DNA from: Podarcis pityusensis
Lineage: Eukaryota
Direction: 5' to 3' (one strand)
DNA: 64,000 nucleotides
Assembly (NCBI GenBank): GCA_964106645.2
Contig: OZ067038.1
Below, one piece after another: positions 25,751-39,702 of this stretch; the first letter of the stretch is position 1, and each line of letters starts with the position of its first letter. The position numbers and the translations under genes were made by a program. Below the pieces are notes generated by a model. That model saw only the letters and a list, made by a program, of their open reading frames with translations, was not told the DNA's origin and made no database searches.

Positions 25751-25815
25751 CATTGGAGGCGTTGTCCTTGTGAATCTGTCTGGGTCTGAGAAATCTGCTG
25801 GAAGAGATACAATAG
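25751..25815 (+). CDS. SLC35F5: SLC35F5 coding exon 8
   Basis: (S)IGGVVLVNLSGSEKSAGRDTI+G; 65 nt. Confidence 0.95.
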
Positions 25816-25982
25816 GTACATTTCCAAAAAAATCTAATTATTGTTTATTGAAATATCTGAGTAGACATTACTGTACATTCTTGAGACAGGAACTACAAGA
25901 AAATACAATAATTTTTTTATCGTAATATCATGTACGGATTGCAGTTGTAGAAGAAGCACTTTCTTTATAAAATAATTTAGAT

Positions 25983-26118
25983 CAGTGGTGGCCAAACTTG
26001 GCCCTCCAGCTGTTTTGAGACTACAACGCCCATCATCCCTAGCTAACAGGACCAGTGGTCAGGGATGGTTGGAACTGTAGTCCCAAAACAGCTGGAGTGC
26101 CAAGTTTGGCCACCACTG
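25983..26118. mobile_element. Palindromic hAT-type MITE
   Basis: TIR CAGTGGTGGCCAAACTTGGC; 8-bp TSD ATTTAGAT/CTTTAGAT (7/8). Confidence 0.85.
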
Positions 26119-26502
26119 CTTTAGATGATATCCACTGTCCTCCAAGGGAATGTCTCTGAATGGAATGGGAATTCTCCTTCTCCCAGCTTTAGTCCCTTGC
26201 ATCCTCTCTATTCTAGATTATTTTGGGGAGCGCTCTAGAACAGATGGTGTGGGGCCACATAGGGAACTGTAGTCGGAAGTAGAGGAAGATCCATTCTGCT
26301 CAGGATTGGATTAGGCTGTCACCCTTTTATGTTGTTTTGCAGTGCTTTCCCTTTTTGCTTCATATGGTTTGTTTGTTTGAATATAAATGAAACATCTTAA
26401 CAGCATGTCAACTTGTAAGAAATTCAGTCCATAGTATAGCAATTAATACTTTTATTTTAACATAAGTTGTGTGGCTTTCTTCTCCCCACCCCCAATCTAC
26501 AG

Positions 26503-26607
26503 GGTCCTTGTGGTCTCTTGTGGGAGCTATGCTTTATGCAATCTACATAGTCATGATAAAACGAAAAGTAGACAGAGAAGACAAACTTGATATACCAATG
26601 TTTTTTG
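26503..26607 (+). CDS. SLC35F5: SLC35F5 coding exon 9
   Basis: (G)[34 protein letters not shown]+G; 105 nt. Confidence 0.95.
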
Positions 26608-27235
26608 GTAAGAACAGAACTTGAAACAATACTATTTTCTGTTACCAAGTCTTGCTCATTAGGATCCAGTTTTGTAAAAATGTACAGGCAGCAACCATTT
26701 TAGGCACATCCACTTGATGTGCAATCACTGATACGCAGGTCCTTTTGGACCCAGAAGAGGGCAGAATTGTCACTGCCTTTTCCTTTAAGAAAACTTAAGG
26801 GCAAATGTAGACAGGATATTGAATTGTGTGAATTTACATGGAATGCTTATACAGCTCCTCTAGACCAGGTACAATCTTAGGGTGTCTTTTCTGCCCATAG
26901 TAGAAAGGATACCCTACCCATAAGTATCTCCTCTTGTTCTAGCACACACTGCTAGTGATGTGCTTTAATCAAACAGTGAGGGTATACCTATTTTAATAAA
27001 TAAAATATCTAATTCCAGGTTAGAGGACTATCCTAGCAATTCTACTTATTAATTTTTAAAAAAATTAATCCTGTGAATTTGATGTGACGATTATCTACCA
27101 AATGAATCCTGTAAAGAGTCTGACATACATATATACTAAAGAAGTAGTGAAGTTCAAGAGAAGTTCACTACTGTAGAGATACGCTTAATTATTTTGGCTT
27201 TGTTGCTAACACTTTATTATTCTGGGTTTTTGCAG

Positions 27236-27395
27236 GTTTTGTTGGCTTGTTTAATTTGCTGCTGCTTTGGCCAGGTTTCTTTTTACTCCATTATACTGGA
27301 TTTGAGAACTTTGAATTTCCCAGTAAATTAGTCCTTATGTGCATTGTCATCAATGGCCTTGTTGGAACCGTCCTGTCTGAATTTCTCTGGCTGTG
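27236..27395 (+). CDS. SLC35F5: SLC35F5 coding exon 10
   Basis: (G)[52 protein letters not shown]+TG; 160 nt. Confidence 0.95.
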
Positions 27396-29237
27396 GTATG
27401 TGGCTAGCTCTGATTCATTGTTTCATATTAATATCAGGTTGCTATTAAGGAGACAACAAACGAGGCTGCATTTTACTGAAAGAGCTAGGACTGTTTTTTA
27501 CAGGGCACTGGTTATTGCAAAATACTGTGTTAAAAGTTATCAACGCAGATATCGTTTGTCATTACCAAGAAGCACTAAATTTCATTAAGTGGAAGAAAGA
27601 CTATGTATGTAATGCAGCGCTGAAATTCCTGGCTCAATAAGCCATGATAGGCATGAGCTGCATCTACCTGCCTCTCCCCCCCTCCCTTTCACATGAGTTG
27701 CAAAGCAAACAAGTATGTAGCTTCCCATGATGTGCAATTTGGGAACTATGGTTAAGGTCAAACAAATCAAGGTTAGGCACTAGCTTTGAACCAGAGTTTA
27801 AAGGTGATGTATGAATCCCGACTTGTTTGCAGCCACTTAGGACTCAGCTTACAAGTCATGCAAGGCTGTGCTTAAGAGCTAAATCCTCTCTTTCTTTCTT
27901 ACTCATGCAACCAGAGTAGCAAAGGCAGATGCACTCTGCTAGTGTATATATTAGCTTATTAAGGCAGGGCTCTGCTTGTCCAGAGCAAGTGACCATTGAC
28001 CCCCCCCCCAGGCTATTGCCAGAGTTCCCCAACAGCCAGTTGGGAGGCTTCCAGCACAACGCTGTGAAATGTGCACTATTTCTCTCTTTAAGAAGCCATC
28101 TGAGTCTGCAAAAGTACTGTGAATTAAACCGGGTACATGTCAGTGATGCGACAGCAGCATATGCAGTTCAGTTCTCATTCTCCTGCCTAGTCTCATTGCC
28201 AAGAAGTCTCAGTTCTTGGCTGGGAAAAGGTTCTAGGTGGTAGTAATGGGAGAGAAGAAGAGCTTCATGGAGAAATAGAGGGAAATATGTAGGTGCTCTG
28301 TGTTCATGTGCAGCTTTGAATCTTATCTGTTGTATGTAGACATTGTTGCATAATTTTTCTGTGATCATCAACCCTGATCATCAAGGGGCTGAATAGTGCA
28401 ATGGCTTTTTGATTACCTAAAATAGTTTCCTTTGAATCAAATTTCGAATGTCCAGTTTGTAGGATCAAAGTCTCGGTATCCATGCTCACTTAGGCTGCAA
28501 ACCTATACCCATTTTCCTTGTCCTTGGTAGGGCTTGCTTTCAAGTAGAATTACAGTGTTAGTCTCTCACTACTTGATGAATCACTTGATAATGAAAAGTC
28601 AAATGTGTGGACTGTCTATAGTGATTTGGTTTGTATTGAATACGGATGATGCAGGTAAATAGTAGTGAGATGCATTAGTTAATTGATGATGACTCAAAGA
28701 TGTGTGAGTCCTCACTTGATTCTGGAATCATTGAGAGAACTGTGATGGGTAGTCCAGTGAAAGACTTTCTTTCCTGTAAGACTAGTGTTGGATTGGAAAT
28801 ACATTATACATATTAACACTACTTGAGTTGGGCCACAGCTAGGAATTATGATATTTATTAATTTTTGAAAAAATAGATGATTTCAAAGGTAAAAACCTGG
28901 AATTTGTTAGTTAAATTTGAAAACCATGAGACTTGAGGTGTAGGGTAAGTGTGAAACTATTGAGCTGGTCTTTCTCCATTTGTCTTCTGATCTTGGTGCA
29001 GTTTGTGTTCTCAGTTTTGTCTCCTCAGCTAAGTAAGGTTAGAAATATTTATATTTAGAGTTTCTTTGTATTATTATCTGTTTTCCAAGTGCTTTGGCTT
29101 TCAGAAATGTGTTTAGCAGGCCACAACAGGTCCACAAATTATGCTTATCCATGGTGTATACAACAATGAAACTTGCTTCTACACTTCCCCTGTTTAGTTT
29201 TTAAACTCAAGTGTTTTATATTTTAACATTTTCTTAG

Positions 29238-29328
29238 GGGCTGTTTTCTTACCTCATCACTGATAGGCACACTTGCTCTGAGCCTTACAATACCTCTGTC
29301 CATAATAGCCGATATGTGCATGCAAAAG
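29238..29328 (+). CDS. SLC35F5: SLC35F5 coding exon 11
   Basis: (W)[30 protein letters not shown]; 91 nt. Confidence 0.95.
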
Positions 29329-30052
29329 GTAATGTATTTTATTATTTTTATTATTATTAATGACAATTGTAAGAACTGCCCTGGTTAGGACTCTTAGCAA
29401 TGTCACATGACTAGGGAGAATTAAAATAGCTGTGGTAGGGAGAAATAAATTGTACTTAATTGCAAGTGACTACTTTTGCTTCTCCAGCAATATCATTTAA
29501 TGTTCACTTCCTTAAATGCATCCTTCTCTTTTTATAAGGTGAAATAAGTAGGTGGCTTTTTTAAAAAAAATGGAGGGGGGGGAATGTAATGGGCACGATC
29601 CTTGCAAGCTCACTGATTACACAGGGCATAACAGAGGCCTGTTCCTTCCTTCCCCACCTATCTAGACACATAGAAGTGCCACCAGGGCAATCCAGGACAT
29701 GAGATGTCTGTGCATGCCTCTCATTGTCCTCCAAGCTCATATTTCTTGACAGAGCAAGGGCTGCACGAGAATGCGGGAGGCACACATGGGCCACCCATTT
29801 TCCAGGTTTCTGGGTGCCTGCGTTTGCAGAGCAGGGAAATGGAGCTCTATTGTCTCTTTCTAAGCCTCTCTGCACAAGGCCACGGAAGCTGCTTGGTCAC
29901 TGAACCAGTGATTAAGCTTTTGAGTCTTTATATACCTTCTACAAATAAAAGACGTTTCCTAACTTGCTAGAAGTCTGTATTATGGGAATTAGATCCTGAT
30001 TAGGCGGGTAGAAGGTCTGTATAATTTTGTATGGGTTTAGAAGCCTCAAAGG

Positions 30053-30188
30053 CAGGCATAGGCAAACTCGGCCCTCCAGATGTTTTGGGACTACAACTCC
30101 CATCATCCCTAGCTAACAGGACCAGTGGTCAGGGATGATGGGAGTTGTAGTCCCAAAACATCTGGAGGGCCGGGTTTGCCTATGTCTG
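30053..30188. mobile_element. Palindromic hAT-type MITE
   Basis: Near-perfect hairpin CAGGCATAGGCAAAC...GTTTGCCTATGTCTG; exact 8-bp TSD CTCAAAGG; same core as 25983 copy. Confidence 0.9.
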
Positions 30189-31564
30189 CTCAAAGGTCTC
30201 CAAAGGTTTGACTTGTAATGAAAACCCAAGAATGTTGGTGGTTCTAGTTAGAATACCAGGAGTTAAAAGTGCATTAAGAGTTCTTTAAATGGGAGTAAAT
30301 AGAGCATGACGTTGGACTGTTATGTCCGCATTGCAACATGTCTCCATCATGGTCAAACTATCATGTTATTGCAGAGGATTTAGGCATGCTTGCTCTTGTA
30401 GTTGCCAATGAAAGCCTTGCTGGAAACATGCTTTGACTTTATCCTTCATTGCTGAACAGAATAAGAAATGGTGCTATAGTAGTTAGGGGTATTTGTCCAT
30501 GAACAATAAGTTGAGTTAAGTTACCAGCTGTCAGAAATAAGATTACTTTTAGATACAGTTCAGGTTTAATTCTACAGCAGGAAGGATTTTATTGAATTCA
30601 GGTAGTTGTTACTGTTTTTCAAGTAGAGGTGCAGAGATCCTATAGGAACATGGGTATTTTGACAAATGAAAATACTCTATCAGTATGTCAGGGACGCAGC
30701 AGGAAAACTGTTTAAGTAGATGGCATGAGAAATACCTAAATTACTTGATGAATGAAGCATACGGCAGGTTGCATTTTAGCCTGTCACAGTGGAAGTGTTG
30801 TCTCGTTTTCATATTCATTTTTAATGCTGGTAGAATTTGCCCTCGTTGTGACACTTTCATTCTAAAGTGAGACATTTCCAATATAGTGTGAGATTAGCAT
30901 TTGATGCAGCTACTAGTCTCAGCTGCTAACAATGGCTTTGGATTGATGTCCAAATAACTTGCACAATTCAGACCCACAAATTAAATAATTCACGCTTCTT
31001 TCTGCTGTATCCAATGCTGAAATGCTTCTGATCCCTAGTATACAATGTTTCTTCCTTTGTTTTTTACCTTTCCCCCTACCCACTGGCTTTCAGGTCCATG
31101 AACTACAAAACAGGTTTTCCCACTTATGGCTCTGTGGAGCTAGGTGGCAGTAGCAAAGTCTTGGCATTGCACGATGTACCTAGCAAGAAGGAAGCAGCAA
31201 CAAAGAAAGATGGATGCCTGGGTGGAAAATTGGCACAAAACTCTTTCTTCTTCACAGTGGCTGTGTTTGGACGTATTAATGAAATTCAGTTTATTGTTCC
31301 AGGAATGAGCTGCAGCAAGCTTAAGGCTTGCACACTCTTTCTTCTCTGCTCCAGCAGGTAGAGGAGATTGAATCTGGCTTGATTCAACAACCATAGTTGA
31401 AATTAACTGAAGTTTAACTTTGGTTAATCAAAACTGGAAGCAAAAGCTTCCAATCTTCTCGTGGCTGATTTGGGGGCAGTTCCTGGTCCAGCTGCAGCTC
31501 CCCATGACACAATCCAAGCTCTTGAAACGGGGCCCATGTGCTTCAGTTGAGACATTTGGAGGGC

Positions 31565-31910
31565 TCTAAACCACTGAGCCTCTTGGGCTTGCCGATCAGA
31601 AGGTCAGCGGTTCGAATCCCATCAACGGGGTGAGCTCCTGTTGCTCAGTCCCAGCTCCTGCCAACCTAGCAGTTCGAAAGCACTCCAAAGTACAAGTAGA
31701 TAAATAGGTACCGCTCTGGCAGGAAGGTAAACAGCGTTTCCATGCACTCTGGTTTTGGTGTTCCGGTGTGCTAGAAGCAGTTAGTCATGCTGGCCACATG
31801 ACCTGGAAAACTGTCTGTGGACAAATGCTGGCTCCCTCGGCCTGTAAAGCAAGATGAGCACCGCAACCCTAGAGTTGTTTGCGACTGGACAGGGGTCCTT
31901 TACCTTTACT
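31565..31910 (+). mobile_element. Sauria SINE, near full length
   Basis: B box GGTTCGAATCC at ~31609, conserved core, GGGGTCCTTTACCTTTAC tail. Confidence 0.88.
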
Positions 31911-32322
31911 TTTTAGAAGAGAAGTAAGAAAACTAGTTGTGTGAAACAGCCTTTCAACCTTTTGGGATGCAACCAATTTTTTTTAAAAAAATTGATGAGT
32001 CCAACTTTTAATCAAATATGTGTAAAAATTAGTTGATTGCAACACTTGGGCTTCTGATTTTGTAAACTGGGTAACTTCATTTACTTGCATATAAATAGTG
32101 TATGTGATAACATTGGCAGCCGTTCCAAATAAAGTGCCAATATGAGATGGATATTCCTATTACTGTGTTTTAAAACCTTACACAGATCTACTCCATCTAG
32201 GAAAATGTTTTCCAAGATTTCTGTAATGACCAAATACCTTCTTCCTTTACTCCACTTTTACTATTGGTGGAATAGCAAATTGATATTTTAAAAGCAAAAT
32301 GCTATCCTTGTTCTAATTTCAG

Positions 32323-32477
32323 GTCCAATTTTCTTGGTTATTTTTTGCCGGGGCAATCCCTGTATTCTTTTCATTTTTCATTGCAACTCTCTTATGTCAC
32401 TACAACAACTGGGATCCAGTGATGGTGGGAATTAGAAGAGTTTTTGTATTCATTTGCAGAAAACACCGTATTCAGAG
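32323..32477 (+). CDS. SLC35F5: SLC35F5 coding exon 12
   Basis: [51 protein letters not shown]+AG; 155 nt. Confidence 0.95.
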
Positions 32478-33269
32478 GTGGGATCATTTCTTTACAGCTT
32501 TATCTCTTTCCATTCCTACTGGACTTATTTTGATGCATATCTTTATTATTCCTTTGTTTTGCCACTGTTGATGGGGGGGGGGGGCAGATGAAAAGGCGGT
32601 TAGGGCACCTGCACTTTTAATAGTTATACAGTACGGAGAATATAAACAAATATATCTTGCATGAGTTGAAATTCCCCCTTCTACACAGCTATGTAAGGGG
32701 CATGAAACTTCATCTACACAACTTTGATTAGTTTGCATGATCTGGTTTCAACTGTCTGAAATATGTTCTCATTGGACATTGTTCTAAATTCTTAAATTAT
32801 GAATCTCTTATTACAGCATACTTTTCTCAACAGTATTCTAGTTTGGGAAAACATTATTCCACTGACAGTCTTTGAATTGCTCATTTTACAGATAATCAAG
32901 GCACAAATAATTCTTAACATAAAACTTAGCAAGGACATTGAGGAAAACTATGTATATAAAAAAAGTACAAATCATTTATATTTTTTACAAAGTAACCCCT
33001 GACAAATAAACAACTATGAAAATGATCTGATAATTAAGCTGTTCTTTTTTTTTATAAACATACTTTTCCTTAGTACACATTTTAGTTATCAATTTAATTT
33101 TAGAGCCAACAAACGTGGAGTGAAGAATGTAAAACAAGATGCTGTGCGTGACAATTTCTCATCGAAGTCAAGATATTTTCCCTATCAGGACTAGCATTAT
33201 AGATGTGCCTGTCTGTTTTTCATAATGCTGCGTATAAATACAAATTTCACAATCTGTATCATTTTGTAG

Positions 33270-33354
33270 AACATCTGACGAAAGTGAGCAATGTGAAAGT
33301 CTCATTGCCATGCACAGTGTTTCGCAAGAAGATGGAGAAAATGGCTGTTCTTAG
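33270..33354 (+). CDS. SLC35F5: SLC35F5 coding exon 13 (stop TAG 33352-33354; exon continues to donor at 33361)
   Basis: (R)TSDESEQCESLIAMHSVSQEDGENGCS*; total protein ~481 aa. Confidence 0.93.
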
Positions 33355-34030
33355 ACAACAGGTATGCACAATTATAAAAAAAGTTGTGGGTTACATCTAA
33401 GTTATAAAAAAGAACCTATTACATTATCAACATGAAACAGTTCCCATCTCCTTACTTTTGGAATGTTAATAATAAGCACAGATGTTATAGAGCCAGTTAT
33501 GTATGCCAATTGATGACAACAATTGCAGCAGCACAACTTCAGAGAATCTGTGAGCATCAGTTTTAATAGTGGTTTAACTTGTAAAGTTTCTAATGTTACA
33601 TTGTTTGTTTTATTTAGTATAAAAATGTTTATCATTTAATATTTTTTAAAAAATCTTATTAAGTGGTGTGCAGTCTAAAAAGCATACAAAAATCATGAAA
33701 ACATGAAAACAAAATTATGTATGTGATTTAATAATTTGAAAACCATGAGAAAAGACTTAATAATCACAGGTACTTCATAATGACACTGCCAGATATGCTT
33801 GTCCAGGTGTAAGTGCATGAATGTAATTTAAAATATATTTATTTCCCAATAATCCTTCTGCTTCTTCCTTTATGTGCTAAAATGCTGAACAGGCTGCTAT
33901 GTAGTCAGATCCTTAGGTTTATTTAATCTATAGCAGCATGATTAGTTAATGCAGGTTATAAAGTCCAGTCAAATAAATGCAGAATGTTGTATATAATAAA
34001 CTAATAATACTTTCCCCATTTCTTCAATAG

Positions 34031-37000
34031 CGCAAGATGGAAAAATAACTCAGCGAAGAGACAATCTCCTGGAAAGTCCTTATGGAATCATGTTTCAGTG
34101 CCTCTTCTGAATCTTTAATTGTTTCAGTTCTTTTGAAACTTAAAAATACACTCTCACTTTCTCAGTTCCAATCTTGAATCGGTTTTATTAAAGAGCTACT
34201 TTACTACAAGAAATCCCAGTCCTTCTAAGAAACCAACCTGCCTTATAGAACTCAGTTGGTGAAATTACTTGATACAATCAATGAAGTGAATGCTGATCTA
34301 GTGTTTTTTTGGTTTTTTTAAGCTTTCATATTTTCTTAAGTGCTGGATGACATTTTTACAAATACTTTTCAAATTCTGTAAAACGTCTGTGTGAATCATA
34401 ATTTTGTATAAACTTTCAAATGTAAAAGTAAAATACGGCAGTTACCTGTAATAGGTACTGATTACCCTTGTATGATGCTTAAGCTCTACTTGAATAACAC
34501 CAAAAGAGCAGAAAATTATTTAATTTATTGAATAACTTCATTATTTCAGAAGCTATTATGGCTACTCAGTACTCTATAATATGCCATCTTATCTATATGA
34601 AAGACCTTGAAAGAGTTTGGGTGTCTTGTGTTTTAAATATCTGTGTCCTAATTCAAATTTTTGAAGAACTCTTAATGTAAAAGTATAACTTAACATCAGA
34701 ATCCTTATAAATATGAACTACAAAAACTGATCTAAAGAATCTTCTAAAGAATTCAATTCTTCTTGTTTCAACGAAAGTTGTAAAATGTATCAAACCAAAT
34801 ATAGAAGCTGAAAACAATAGAGTGCTCTGAATTCAATGATGGAGAAGGAAAAAAGTTTCTAAACTTTTGTACACAATTTCTCATTGAAGTCAATATATTT
34901 TCCCTATCAGGACTAGCGTTAGGGATGTACCTGTCTGTGACCAAGAAAAAGGAGGTGCTTAATTCACTCCCTCCCTCTTTGTTCCCAAAGCTGCTTTCCC
35001 ATCTGAGGAAGAAAAAACACAGGATCTTATTTTTAAAAACCAAAAGGATTGATGTAGAATGCCTGTCACATGTAATTGTGGACTAGAGAATAACACATGT
35101 ATGTAATTTGGAGCTTGCGATGCAAGGCTTTCCTCCTCAGACAAAGCTCCCCTGGCTGCATGGAAATAATATGTTGCAGTGGTGCATGTTTTTTTAACAA
35201 GTTGAACTCATTCTACACTATGTGGAATGGGTTCTGGTTTACAGAGAATTCTAATACATGTGAAGAGTGCATATAAGTTATCAGTCTTCAGTAAGACAAA
35301 AGACAGAGGGCTCAAATGGTAGGGAAAGACTTGGATCTAGAAATTTGCTAGCAGAAATTCTGCTATTGGTGCTGTTCCGTCAACTATTGTGCTAGAGCCA
35401 GCTGAAGGCATTCTGTGAACTTGAGATGGAAGCTTATCTGGATTTCAGTTCTTGCACAAGGATCTCACACTAAGTCAGGAAAAGGCTATTCAGCTCCTCA
35501 AGGAGGACTTCCACTTTCAGAAGGGCACCTCTGGATCCCAACTTGACATTGCAATCCTGTAGACACTTACTTGGAAGTTAGCCCCATTGACTACAAGGGG
35601 AATTGCCTCTGTGCGAACACCTGGAAGATGCACTGCATATATAAACCGATAGTGCTACAACAGTACTGTGCAACCCAGTAAATATTTTCAGAATAATTAA
35701 ACAATGGATTTCATTTATTAATTTAAGACTATTGGCTGTTTTAAACACACACACACACACACGACAGCACATTAATTTAAATGTGTCTATTTAATGCCTT
35801 TGTTGGATACCCACTTCCTAGTTTCTAAACTTTGAAGTAGTATCTATGATCCTACATGCGCTAAACTACATGCTCTAAAATACAAGTTGTGGTTCAAATC
35901 CTCCCTATACCTCTACTCTCAATGGCATTGTGAACTTGCACATTCCACTCTTAGAATACAGTAGTATGTAGCTTGGATCCTGAGTTGCCCTTCCACCAAA
36001 GGAAGGGACTGCTTGCTAGTGGAAGGGAGGAGCTGGTTTTTGCAGTTCCTCCATAGGCCCCACTGGCAGGTCACATGCTGGTCTGGGTGATCTTCCTACC
36101 ATCAAATATAAATTTGAAGGAGAAATTCATGAAAATCCCCTGAGCAGAGTTCTGCTCATCGGGAACTTAGGCCAAATTTTTAGGAGAGAAATAGTCAAGG
36201 CTAGTAGTGCCCATACAAATAAGATGAGAACAAGCAAAATTGTGTCACTTAAGGAGGCACCTTGACGAAATACTTCATCCACTTGGTTAAGTAAACTATT
36301 TTTTTCAGAGTCCGTAGGTATTCCTACTTATGACTGGCAACCATAGATCATGTATAACCTTCCATACCTGCACAGTATGTAGGTTGCTCTCAGTCATTGC
36401 CAACTATTGAGAGGATTGTAAGCTGTTTTGTGTCCATTTGATTTCTTGACCACCAACTTGAATTGATTTGTGACTTGACCTTGCATAAAGTTTAGATCAT
36501 TGGCAGGAGCAAGACTTATCTCCAATAAGATTACATTGCTTTAGGAAGGCGAAAGATTATGGGCTTAAGTCAGTCTGGAAATGGAAAAACAAACTATTAG
36601 TGCATCAGGCAGTAGAGAATGTAAGCAACAGTAATGATTTGCTTCATTAATGTTCTACTCTTTGAATGTGTCAGTCAAGCTTGGTTAGTAAAAATTGACC
36701 ACTAAATTATGTTTTTATAGCTACTGGAGCAGTAATTTGGTGGCTTATACAATAATGTGCCTCCTGTGGCCAATTCTGCTTTCAGATATGTGAGTTGCAA
36801 TGTTTATGGCAGGGAGGCAAGAGCCATTTCTACATTCATGGCGCACGCACACACACACCCCAGTATTTACCTGCAATAATTAGCAGGAAGCCATCCTAAC
36901 CTTTACCTTACATAATCTGTCTTTAAAATACCTTGATGGAAGAGTGTGTTTTTTAAATAATAATAATAATACAATTTTGTGAAGATATGATAACTATATT

Positions 37001-37325
37001 TATAATGCACACTTTATTTCAACATTTCCTGTATATCCAGCAATACCACTAGGTGATAGACATGTGGTTTATCCTCTCTGGGCCTAGCATCCTCTCATTA
37101 CATTGTTTGTTTAAATGTGCTCAGAAAAGCTAGTGTGCGAGCAAAACTATTAACCGTTTGGATTGTTTTTCTTACTATTCTTTTAGCAGTTGGGAGTACA
37201 TTATAAAGTGAAATCTCTGAAAACTGTCAACAGTGATTTTAAGGTTTTAAAATGTATGAGTTACAGTACATACATATTATATATGGCATTGGACCTGCAT
37301 TTAATAAACTATAATGATATTTTTC
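34031..37325 (+). other. SLC35F5: Probable terminal 3'UTR exon of SLC35F5
   Basis: Acceptor TTTCCCCATTTCTTCAATAG at 34030; AT-rich, TE-poor; AATAAA at 37303-37308; 3' end is inferred. Confidence 0.5.
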
Positions 37326-37555
37326 TACACTCAATTGCGTCTGCCTAGTCCCACCCTGAACAATAATTATGTCAACAGTCTTTCTTCTAGAACAAATTCT
37401 TAATGTCAACATTTAGCTTTATAAACTTGGCAACTATCTATTATATATTGTGTTTAGGACCAGCTTATTAACTGCAGTAAGTGTGTGAAGAGGATAAATT
37501 GCCTGTATCGCCACTCTGGAAGAGCAGAAATTTATCACTTTGTGTTTTCACAGTA

Positions 37556-37770
37556 CAGTGGTACCTCAGGTTAAGAACTTAATTCCTTCCAGAGGTCTGT
37601 TCTTAACCTGAAACTGTTCTTACCCTGAAGCGCCACTTTAGCTAATGGGGCCTCATGCTGCCGCCGCATGATTTCTGTTCTCATCCTGAAGCAAAGTTCT
37701 TAACCTGAGGTACTATTTCTGGGTTAGCGGAGTCTGTAACCTGAAGCATCTGTAACCTGAGGTACTACTG
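37556..37770. mobile_element. Tc1/mariner MITE (third copy)
   Basis: TA|CAGTGGTACCTCAGG...CCTGAGGTACTACTG|TA. Confidence 0.85.
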
Positions 37771-39702
37771 TATCTGGAATTCTTAAATCACCTCTGGATC
37801 CAAGCCAATATTCTCAAGACAAACTTAGTTCCCAGTGCCTCTGTGTGGGACATAGGGACAGAGTTGCCTCGTTTTTTAATTATTTAGCTTGTACACTGAA
37901 GTAAAGTAACTTTGTGAAATGTCACATAGTCATATAGTGACTTAAAATGTTTTTATTTGCCAACTTTTTAAATTAAAGCCCATCTCAAGTACATATTTAA
38001 TATTGGCCTTTCCCCCAAGTTAAAACAGATCACACCAAAATGCAAAATTAAAAGTAGACAGTGTCAAATTGGAGATGCAGAGAATTAGATACGGGGCCTT
38101 TCTGTATAATGAACAAATGACCCTGCTGCTTCTGAAACCTGTGCTTATCCTATCTCTACCCCAAGAGCAGTAATTTGGTTCGGAGTATGTCTGTTTATTA
38201 CAAATATTTTAATATCTCCCTTTGATCATATTCCCAGAGTGTTTACATGTTGATGTTGACTGGATATCTGATAATGAACCCCGTCCCTTGATTATTTACT
38301 CATTTCCCGTGATTCCTATGAAAAACCTTCCTAGTCAGCCATTTCATCTATATTGTTTCCTTGTTTCCTTTCTGCTTTGTTTTATTCATGATTTTGTTAC
38401 CCCTGGAGAGGGTCCCTGGGATATGACCTTGGTAACAAACCATGCCTCTGCCTCTGGGTTTGCATTTCTGATTAAGGTGGTTGGCTTCCCCCAAGGCCAG
38501 AACTTTGGAAGGTGTTGCAAATTAACATTAGTAACAGCGCCTGAGACAAAAACGAAAGCTTAACTGTAGGTGGAGATCTGTTTGCGGAGAGATTTGGAAG
38601 ATAACATATTTAGAAGGAACATCTGTCACCTGCATTTTCTAGGGAATATGAATAGCTTATACTAGTCTTTAGCTTTGTGCATTTTTAAAAATGGCATAGA
38701 GCTAAAGAAAATAGTAGGTGCTATGTAGAGGAGAGGGAGGGGAAATTCCACTGAACAGGTACAACTCATTGCACTAGCGGAACAGTTTAGTTGGATACCA
38801 GCTATAATCTGGGGGGAAACAGCTCTGTTCCCCTATGCTCAAGAGTTTCATGCAGGGGAAATGTGGCTGGAATAAACGTAGTGTTACCTCTTGAAATGCC
38901 CTGTTTTGGAGAGTGATGTGTTTGTATGCTGTTTGGCAGTGTACATCATAATCGGATCACAACCACCTTGAATAGTGGATTTCTTTGTCTACCTAGGCAC
39001 TTGAAGTCTGCATATTGGTATGTGTGAATAGACTTATTGTTGAGAAAAGATTTGGTAAATCCTTTTCAGTGGAAAGTTGCTATGAGCCACTGCTCAGGGG
39101 ATATTCAAGACAGCAAACCTAAAGCTGTAACACTTTAAATTGTAGAGATAATGAGATGAGAAAGAGAGAGAGAGTCTAATGTTGCACAGATTAATTTTTT
39201 TGGCTTGAACAATGTACATATTTCTTTTTAATGAATGAACAATAAGAGTGATCTCAAATCTATACAGCAGTTCTTGTGCACATTTATGGACCTGAGCAAT
39301 TACTTGTTTTCACTGCCTACCGTGATGGATACATAAACATTTCTAAATAGGAGCAGTGTGCCAAATGTGTACATTAGAGCTGAGAAATAAAAATTGAAAA
39401 CTAGGACACACAACTTAATGGCCAGATCCTGTACTTGTTGCATTCTTTTGGAGTCAACTCATTACAAAAATATTACAATAACATTTTTTTATTGATTACC
39501 CCCCCCCCCCAATCTGGCTGAGTTGCCCCAGCCACTCTGGGTGGCTTCCAACACACATAAAAATAATAATAAAACATCAAACAATCCAATCCAATATGGA
39601 AGTCAAAATAACTTTAAAATAAACAACTTATATCAAAGCAATATTCAATAATCCATTAGAATCCAATAGTAAACAGTAAAATTAAACATCAGCAAATAAT
39701 AA

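Noticed and set aside
31600-31625. tRNA-like B box GGTTCGAATCC
   Set aside because: Head of a Sauria SINE; no cloverleaf
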